Of a stretch of DNA of 64,000 bases, positions 57,615 to 64,000 are shown in pieces. A model generated the notes under the pieces. That model did not search any database. It saw only the letters and a program-made list of their open reading frames with translations, and had not been told where the DNA came from. The translations under genes were made by a program, and so were the position numbers. The number at the start of each line of letters is the position of its first letter. Position 1 is the first letter of the stretch. Source of the DNA: a bacterium (GTDB taxonomy: Bacteria; Patescibacteriota; Patescibacteriia; Patescibacteriales; UBA12465); the NCBI GenBank assembly GCA_035400585.1, contig DAOMZR010000002.1, positions 145,121-209,120 of the forward strand. The letters are read 5' to 3'.

Positions 57615-59306
57615 ATGAAAGATCAAAATAAAAAAGGAAAATATAAAATTGCTTATTTTAGTATGGAAATAGCCTTGGAAAATGATATTAAAACTTATGC
57701 TGGCGGTTTGGGTGTTTTAGCTGGAGATACTTTGAGATCGGCCGCTGATCTTGGTTTGCCAATGTTAGGAGTTACTTTGTTAAATGATCTTGGTTATTTT
57801 AAACAAAAAATAGGATTAAATGGTCAGGAAGAATTAAAGTCAAACTATAATTTGTCAAAATTAAAAAAACTACCAAACAAGATTAAAATTAAAATTGGAA
57901 AAGACGATGTCTGGGTTGGTGTTTGGCAGTATTTAATTAATGGTAGGGGCGAATATCCTGTTCCTGTTTACCTGCTTGATACTAATATTTCCGGCAATTC
58001 GCCGAAATATTCCAGTCTAACTGGACAGCTTTATGGCTCGGGCAGAGATTATCGTTTAATGCAAGAAATTGTTTTGGGAAGGGGCGGGGTTAAAATATTA
58101 CAATCTTTAGGCCATAAACATCTAAGAAAGTTTCATATTAACGAAGGTCATGGCAGTTTGGCGGCGGTTGAATTATTTTCGGCCTCCAAAGAAAAAAGAA
58201 ACGAAGATAAAATTGAAGAGGTTAGAAGAAAGTGTGTTTTTACAACCCACACTCCCGTAGATGCCGGACACGATATTTTTCCTTTAGACTTTTTTTTAGA
58301 ATATCAAAATGATTTTCCTTATAAGTTAAAAAATTTAGTAGACAATAAAATTGTTAATATGACCAAGGTCGGCTTATTTTTTAGTAATTTTATAAATGGG
58401 GTTGCCTTGAGTCATCAAAAAGTTTCCAACAAAATGTTTCCCGAATATCCAATACACGCGATAACCAACGGTGTTCATTCAGAAACTTGGACGTCACCAG
58501 CTTTTCAAAAAATTTATGATAAATATATTCCTAATTGGAGAAATTCTAATTTATCATTAAGAAATGTTTTTAACATTCCCCTATCTGTTATTTGGCAGGC
58601 ACATCAAAAGTCAAAAAAACAATTGATTAATTATATTTATAAGAAACAAAAAACAAAACTTGATCAAGATGTTTTTACTATTGGATTTGCCAGAAGATTT
58701 ACTGGGTATAAAAGATCTAATCTTTTGTTTCAAGACATAAAAAGACTTTTGAGTATTCATCATAATTTTGGCCAAATTCAAATTATTTATGCCGGGAAAG
58801 CACATCCTAACGATATTGATGGTAAAAAGTTCATTAAGGACATTTTAGAAATAAAAGAAAAATATAAAAATGAAATAAAAGTTATTTTTTTAGAAGGATA
58901 TGAAATGAATTTAGCCAAACTAATGGTGGCCGGTGTTGATATTTGGCTAAACACGCCACTTCCTCCAAATGAAGCCTCTGGAACTAGTGGAATGAAGGCG
59001 GCCCATAATGGAGTTCCGCATTTTAGTACTTTAGATGGTTGGTGGATTGAAGGATATATTAAAGATAAAACTGGTTGGGCTATTGGCAAAAGAAGAAAAG
59101 GATCAAGCTTGGCAGAATTAAACAAGAAGGATGCCGAAAGCTTGTATTATACTTTGGAAAATAAAATATTGCCTCGTTATTACGGTAATTTAAAAAAATG
59201 GCAAGAAACAATGCAGCATACAATTGCTATAAATGCTTCATTTTTTAATACAGAAAGAATGCTCCAGCAATATATACAAGAAAATTATTTTGTTAGTGGA
59301 AATTAA
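57615..59306 (+). CDS. Alpha-glucan (glycogen/maltodextrin) phosphorylase, GT35 short form
   Basis: The 563-aa ORF has EIALENDIKTYAGGLGVLAGDTLRSAADLGLPMLGVTLL, INEGH and NGVHSETW. Confidence 0.75.
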   Translation: MKDQNKKGKYKIAYFSMEIALENDIKTYAGGLGVLAGDTLRSAADLGLPMLGVTLLNDLGYFKQKIGLNGQEELKSNYNLSKLKKLPNKIKIKIGKDDVWVGVWQYLINGRGEYPVPVYLLDTNISGNSPKYSSLTGQLYGSGRDYRLMQEIVLGRGGVKILQSLGHKHLRKFHINEGHGSLAAVELFSASKEKRNEDKIEEVRRKCVFTTHTPVDAGHDIFPLDFFLEYQNDFPYKLKNLVDNKIVNMTKVGLFFSNFINGVALSHQKVSNKMFPEYPIHAITNGVHSETWTSPAFQKIYDKYIPNWRNSNLSLRNVFNIPLSVIWQAHQKSKKQLINYIYKKQKTKLDQDVFTIGFARRFTGYKRSNLLFQDIKRLLSIHHNFGQIQIIYAGKAHPNDIDGKKFIKDILEIKEKYKNEIKVIFLEGYEMNLAKLMVAGVDIWLNTPLPPNEASGTSGMKAAHNGVPHFSTLDGWWIEGYIKDKTGWAIGKRRKGSSLAELNKKDAESLYYTLENKILPRYYGNLKKWQETMQHTIAINASFFNTERMLQQYIQENYFVSGN

Positions 59307-59331
59307 TACTAATTATATTTAATAATAAATT

Positions 59332-62061
59332 ATGGTAATAGAAAAAAATGATAAAAAAGTAATGTGGTATTCATTAGATATTAAGGATGTTTTTAAAACA
59401 TTAAAATCATCTGAAGATGGTTTAAGTTCTCAAGAAGTTTTTGACAGGCAAAAAGAATTTGGTTTAAACAAACTACCAGAACGCAAGGTTCCTAATATTT
59501 TTATTATTTTTTTACATCAATTTTTAAGCCCATTGATTTATGTATTAATTTTCGCTGGCTCTATATCTCTTTTTTTAGGAGAAATAACCGATGCTCTTTT
59601 TATTTTTGGTGCCATAGTTTTTAATGCTTTAATTGGTGCTTGGCAGGAAAATAAAGCTGAAAAAAATGCAGCTTCTTTGCAAAATCTTTTAAAAATAAAA
59701 GCCAGAGTTAAAAGACATGGAATCGAAAAAGATATTGATGCCGAAGATTTGGTTGTTGGGGATATAGTGTTTTTGGAATCAGGATCGAAAGTTCCAGCAG
59801 ATTTAAGATTATTTGAAAGTAAAAATTTACTCGTTGATGAGTCTTTTTTAACTGGTGAGTCAGAAGCTGTTATCAAGGATACTCTTAAATTAAAGAAAGA
59901 AATAGCCGTTAGCAAAAGAAATAATATGGTTTTTGCCGGTGCTTCAGTTATTTCTGGCCGGGCTCAAGGAGTTGTTGTTGAGGTTGGGTTAAATACCGAG
60001 GTTGGTCAAATTGCCGACATTATTTTATCTTCCCAAAAAACAAAATCACCATTAATAATAAGAATGGAGGGTTTTACAAAAAAAGTTTCCTATATCATAT
60101 TATTTCTTTATGCTCTTTTCGCAATAATTTCTATTTTAAAAGGAGTGGCACCACTGGAAGTTTTCTTTTTGGTTGTTGCTTTGGCAGTTTCCTCCATACC
60201 AGAAGGCCTGCCAGTGGCCTTAACCGTGGCTTTGTCAGTTGCTACTAACAGAATGTCAAAAAGAAATGTTGTTGTTAGAAAGCTAACCGCCGTTGAAGGT
60301 CTTGGAAGTTGCACAATGATTGCTAGCGACAAAACTGGAACCTTAACTGTTAACCAACAAACAGCTAAGTTAATTTATTTGCCCGACGGAACCGAAATTA
60401 ATATTTCTGGCCAAGGATATAATGGAATTGGCTCTCTTGAAGTGGATGGTTTAAGCGATAATAACAAAAAAAATATTTTTGAAATTATTAAAAATTCCAC
60501 TTTGAGTAATGAAGGAAAATTATGGAGATCAAAAAAGGTTTGGCACTATCATGGTGATTCAATGGATGTAGCTTTTTTATCGATGACTTATAAGGCCGGT
60601 TTTTCCGTCGAAGATATTAATGATTCTGTGGATCATTTATTAGATATTCCCTATGAATCAGAAAGAAGATATTCGGCTAAAATTTATCGTGATAAAAATT
60701 CTAATCAATTTAAAATAGCTGTTAAAGGCTCTGTTAGTCGAGTTTTGGATTTTTGTTCCAAATCCAGTTTAATAGAAAACCCCCTGGAATTGGACAAAAA
60801 CAAAATAAAAAAAGAAGGAGAAAGATTGGCCTCTTTGGGATATCGTGTTTTAGCCGTGGCTTATGGCAGTTTTAATTTTGCAGAATCTGATTTAAAAAAG
60901 TTCGATGAGAAAAAAATAAAAGATTTACATTTCTTGTCCCTAGTTTGTTTTATAGATCCTCTGAGAAAAAATTCAAAACAAGCCGTGGAAGAGTGTAAAA
61001 GGGCCGGCATAAAAGTTATAATGATCACTGGTGATCATCCAGCCACTGCCTTGTTTATTGCCAAAGAGCTTGGTATTGCTCGCTCTGAAAAAGATGTTAT
61101 TACTGGAGAAAAGCTTGGCTTGGCTGATTTAGAAATTACCCCTGAATTTGTTACCTTAGTAAAAAAAACTAGCGTTTTTGCAGGGGTTTCTCCTTTACAA
61201 AAATTAAAAATAGTTAATGCCTTGGTTAAAATGGGCCATTTTGTAGCTGTAACTGGCGATGGAGTAAATGATGCCCCAGCGCTTAAACAAGCTAATATTG
61301 GTGTTGCTATGGGGTCAGGAACTGATGTTGCCAAGGAAACATCAACCATGATAGTAGTTGATGATAATTTTGCTTCCATCGTAGCCGGAGTCGAAGAAGG
61401 TCGTTTTGCTTATGATAATATTCGTAAGGTTATTTATTTTGTTATTTCTAGTGGTGTGGCAGAAATATTTATTTTTTTGATGGCGGTTATTTTAAATTTA
61501 CCCCTACCACTTTTTGCAGCTCAGCTTCTTTGGTTAAATCTTGTAACTAATGGAATTCAAGACATATCTTTATCTTTTGAGTCCGGTGAAAAAGGTGTAA
61601 TGAATAGACCCCCAAGATCGCCAAAAGAAAATATTTTTGATAAATTAATGACCCAACAAACATTAATTTCTGGTTTATTTATTGGAGCCATTAGTTTTGT
61701 CGTTTGGTATTATTTGTTGAAGGTTCTAAACTGGGAGGAGTCTTTGGCTAGAAATTTTTTATTGATGCTGATGGTTTTCTTTCAAAACATACATGCTTTA
61801 AATTGTCGTTCAGAATCAAATTCAACCTTTAAAATGCCAATTAAAAGAAATTTCTTAATTTTTGTCGGTATTCTTTCGGCTCAGTTATTGCATATTTTTG
61901 CGACTTATAATCCATTTTTGCGCAAAGTTCTAAATACTCAGCCAATATCCCTTGAAGAGTGGTTTTATTTATTATTAATATCTTCTTCTGTTTTGTGGAT
62001 AATGGAAATCTTTAAGATAGTTAAAAAGAAAATGAAAAATAATTTTTCTAAAAATGTTTAA
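59332..62061 (+). CDS. Cation-transporting P-type ATPase (type IIA/IIB, Ca2+-ATPase-like)
   Basis: The 909-aa ORF has TGES, the phosphorylation site CSDKTGTLT, the TGDGVNDAPALK hinge, and PEGLP in TM4, which is typical of Ca-ATPases. Confidence 0.85.
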   Translation: MVIEKNDKKVMWYSLDIKDVFKTLKSSEDGLSSQEVFDRQKEFGLNKLPERKVPNIFIIFLHQFLSPLIYVLIFAGSISLFLGEITDALFIFGAIVFNALIGAWQENKAEKNAASLQNLLKIKARVKRHGIEKDIDAEDLVVGDIVFLESGSKVPADLRLFESKNLLVDESFLTGESEAVIKDTLKLKKEIAVSKRNNMVFAGASVISGRAQGVVVEVGLNTEVGQIADIILSSQKTKSPLIIRMEGFTKKVSYIILFLYALFAIISILKGVAPLEVFFLVVALAVSSIPEGLPVALTVALSVATNRMSKRNVVVRKLTAVEGLGSCTMIASDKTGTLTVNQQTAKLIYLPDGTEINISGQGYNGIGSLEVDGLSDNNKKNIFEIIKNSTLSNEGKLWRSKKVWHYHGDSMDVAFLSMTYKAGFSVEDINDSVDHLLDIPYESERRYSAKIYRDKNSNQFKIAVKGSVSRVLDFCSKSSLIENPLELDKNKIKKEGERLASLGYRVLAVAYGSFNFAESDLKKFDEKKIKDLHFLSLVCFIDPLRKNSKQAVEECKRAGIKVIMITGDHPATALFIAKELGIARSEKDVITGEKLGLADLEITPEFVTLVKKTSVFAGVSPLQKLKIVNALVKMGHFVAVTGDGVNDAPALKQANIGVAMGSGTDVAKETSTMIVVDDNFASIVAGVEEGRFAYDNIRKVIYFVISSGVAEIFIFLMAVILNLPLPLFAAQLLWLNLVTNGIQDISLSFESGEKGVMNRPPRSPKENIFDKLMTQQTLISGLFIGAISFVVWYYLLKVLNWEESLARNFLLMLMVFFQNIHALNCRSESNSTFKMPIKRNFLIFVGILSAQLLHIFATYNPFLRKVLNTQPISLEEWFYLLLISSSVLWIMEIFKIVKKKMKNNFSKNV

Positions 62062-62518
62062 AATTAAAATATTTATTTTTTTATTTTTGTGTTTGTTTGT
62101 TTTTTTGCTTTTTTACTTTTTTCGTTCAAGACCTGTGGATAAAACAGAGTTTCAGGAAAGTCTTTTAGCTAAAATAAAAATTAGTAATATAGAAATTGAA
62201 GTTGAGCCAGTCATTTCTGACCACAAACAGTACCTTGGTTTAAGCAACCGAGAATCAATTTCTGATAATTTTGGTATGCTTTTTTTGTTTCCCGACAAAA
62301 GGGTGAGGTCGTTTGTCATGCGCGACATGAACTTTACTCTTGATATTGTTTTTATTAATGAAAATGAAATAGTTGGTATTTATAAAAATCTTCCATTTGA
62401 TCAAAAAAATCAAGAAAAAATTTATAATTCGCCCGTGCCAGTTGATAAAGTTTTGGAGTTGAGGGGTGGCTTTTGTGATCTTCATAAAATTTCTGTTGGC
62501 GACTTTTTATCTTTTTGA
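62054..62518 (+). CDS. DUF192-family protein
   Basis: The 154-aa ORF has a signal/TM and GLSNRESISDNFGMLFLFPDKRVRSFVMRDMNFTLDIVFINENEIVGI. It overlaps the ATPase stop. Confidence 0.6.
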   Translation: MFKIKIFIFLFLCLFVFLLFYFFRSRPVDKTEFQESLLAKIKISNIEIEVEPVISDHKQYLGLSNRESISDNFGMLFLFPDKRVRSFVMRDMNFTLDIVFINENEIVGIYKNLPFDQKNQEKIYNSPVPVDKVLELRGGFCDLHKISVGDFLSF

Positions 62519-62639
62519 TTTTTCTTGATTTTTATTGTTGTTTTATTTTTTTTATGTTATAATTAATTTAGATTTAAGTTTAAATTATATAGGAATTGGT
62601 CGGTTCCTATTCTAAACAATAAAATAATTTTTCAAAATT

Positions 62640-62813
62640 ATGAAAAAGGTAGCTAAAAAGAAAGTTGCAAAGAAACCAGTAGCTAAAAAGAAAGTTGCAA
62701 AGAAACCAGTAGCTAAAAAGAAAGTTGCAAAGAAACCAGTAGCTAAAAAGAAAGTTGTAAAGAAAGTTGCAAAGAAACCAGTAGCTAAAAAGAAAGTTGC
62801 AAAAAAGAAATAG
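62640..62813 (+). CDS. Lysine-rich histone-H1-like / nucleoid-associated repeat protein (57 aa)
   Basis: It translates to MKKVAKKKVAKKPVAKKKVAKKPVAKKKVAKKPVAKKKVVKKVAKKPVAKKKVAKKK. It is absent from the ORF track, which instead shows the antisense artefact 62612..62872. A terminator hairpin follows at about 62831-62860. Confidence 0.55.
   Translation: MKKVAKKKVAKKPVAKKKVAKKPVAKKKVAKKPVAKKKVVKKVAKKPVAKKKVAKKK
62651..62806 (+). repeat. Tandem 30-nt repeat (about 4.5 copies) encoding VAKKKVAKKP units
   Basis: The unit agctaaaaagaaagttgcaaagaaaccagt repeats at 62651, 62681 and 62711. The fourth copy has a 12-nt internal duplication. Confidence 0.8.
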
Positions 62814-62948
62814 TTTTTCTTAAAAACAAGGGCGCTGTTAATTTGGAGCGCTTTTGTTTTTGGTGGGAACAATTTGATTTTGTCTGTTAAAAGTTTTATA
62901 ATTAATTAGTTTTAATTTTAAGCATTACGCTACTTCTTTAGTTGAGTT

Positions 62949-64000
62949 ATGTATTTAGAAAAATTAGAGTTGCAAGGATTTAAATCCTTTGCCAATAAAA
63001 ACAAATTAGTTTTTTCTGGAATTATAAACGGAAAAAAAAGAGGCATAACTTCTGTTGTCGGACCCAATGGTTCTGGCAAATCAAATATTGCTGACGCTAT
63101 ACGTTGGGTTTTGGGGGAACAGAGCTCTAAGCTTCTTCGCAGTAAAAAAAGCGATGATGTTATTTTTGTTGGTTCAGACAAAAAGGCCAGATTAAATTTT
63201 GCTGAAGTTTCTCTTTTTTTAAACAATCAAGATCCTAATTTTAAGTTTAAAGATGTTTATATAGAGGGTAGTGGCGAAAACAATGGAGACGGAGAAAGTA
63301 AAAAAAATACAGAATCAGATAGCGTTGATGCTTTTTTAATGTTGCCAGAAATAGTTATAACCAGGCGCGTTTATAGGGATGGCCACAGTGAATATTTAAT
63401 TAATAATAATAAAGTTCGTTTAAGTGATGTTCAGATATTTTTAGCCAAGGCTAGTTTTGGACAAAAAACTTATAGTGTGATTGGACAAGGAATGGTGGAA
63501 AATTTTTTAAATACTAGTCCGGCCGAAAGAAAATCTTTTTTTGATGAGGCTACTGGCGTCAAACAATATCAAATCAAAAGAGATTTGTCTTTGGGAAAAC
63601 TAGAAACAAGCCAAGAAAATTTAGGCCAGGTTGAAATGTTGCTTAATGAAATAGAGCCTCGTTTAAATAGCTTAACTAGACAAGTTGGCAAGCTTAAAAA
63701 AAGAGAGCACTTAGAAGAAGAGCTGAAAAATCACCAGATAAATTATTACGGTTCTTTGTGGCAAGAGATAAATGAAAAGTTGCAAATTCTTAAAAAAGAT
63801 ATTCAAGAAAACGAAGAGGCCAAAGATAAAATAAAGTTAATCTTAAAAGATAAAAAAAACGAAATAGAAAAAATAAATCAAGAATCTTCTTTAAACGACG
63901 AATTTTTAAAGTTACAGAACGATCTTTCAGCTACTAAAAATGAACTTAATAATTTAGAAAAACAACAAGAACTTATCAGTTCCTGGGAGCTTCTTAGATC
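62949..64000 (+). CDS. smc: Chromosome segregation protein SMC, N-terminal part (continues beyond the window)
   Basis: The ORF starts MYLEKLELQGFKSFANK..VVGPNGSGKSNIADAIRWVLGEQS (Walker A) and continues as coiled-coil to the window end. It is not in the ORF track because it has no stop in the window. Confidence 0.8.
   Translation, partial: MYLEKLELQGFKSFANKNKLVFSGIINGKKRGITSVVGPNGSGKSNIADAIRWVLGEQSSKLLRSKKSDDVIFVGSDKKARLNFAEVSLFLNNQDPNFKFKDVYIEGSGENNGDGESKKNTESDSVDAFLMLPEIVITRRVYRDGHSEYLINNNKVRLSDVQIFLAKASFGQKTYSVIGQGMVENFLNTSPAERKSFFDEATGVKQYQIKRDLSLGKLETSQENLGQVEMLLNEIEPRLNSLTRQVGKLKKREHLEEELKNHQINYYGSLWQEINEKLQILKKDIQENEEAKDKIKLILKDKKNEIEKINQESSLNDEFLKLQNDLSATKNELNNLEKQQELISSWELLR

Noticed and set aside
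62651-62806. Possible CRISPR array suggested by regularly repeated about 30-nt units
   Set aside because: The repeats are directly contiguous with no spacers, lie inside a coding frame, and no cas genes are nearby. This is a coding tandem repeat.
62612-62872. 86-aa minus-strand ORF (FFATFFLATGFF repeats) from the six-frame track
   Set aside because: It is the antisense reading of the 30-nt tandem repeat. The plus-strand lysine-rich ORF, with an ATG, flanking hairpins and a sensible protein class, is the better model.

Overview
This is a low-GC, gene-dense bacterial chromosomal segment that uses the standard genetic code: TGA is used as a stop, for example at the end of rnpA. The gene content suggests a Candidate Phyla Radiation / Patescibacteria-type organism: an rpmH-rnpA-yidD-short yidC cluster, huge cysteine-rich surface proteins, type IV pilin and prepilin peptidase genes, a bacterial Elp3 homolog, and a minimal cell-envelope sugar metabolism. 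Taxonomy is an inference; no database search was done.

The window contains the replication-origin region. dnaA and dnaN lie at about 37.9-40.8 kb, flanked by AT-rich regions that carry DnaA-box-like motifs. Genes to the left are almost all on the minus strand, and rpmH-rnpA-yidD-yidC to the right are on the plus strand.

Recognisable housekeeping genes include secDF, clpP, recQ, folD, glyA, rplS, truB, lspA, a dksA-family gene, a class A PBP, glgP-like, a P-type ATPase and the start of smc. I identified eight tRNAs by eye: Ala, Val, Leu, Arg(CCT), Gly, Asp, Arg(TCT) and His.

The most unusual features are:
- a roughly 13.5 kb minus-strand operon encoding a 2243-aa cysteine-rich giant protein, a 1581-aa protein with Listeria-Bacteroides (Flg_new) repeats, and two paralogous membrane proteins with calcium-binding thrombospondin-type-3-like repeats;
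- a SecD whose periplasmic head is replaced by a parvulin-like domain;
- a type IV pilin / FISUMP-domain gene interrupted by a single in-frame TAA;
- a roughly 130-bp GC-rich island next to tRNA-Val that repeats 19 nt of the tRNA 3' end and is bounded by a perfect 13-bp inverted repeat;
- a fused HTH / GHKL-ATPase / STAS-like protein next to the origin;
- a 57-aa lysine-rich histone-H1-like protein, encoded by 30-nt tandem repeats, that the ORF track missed.
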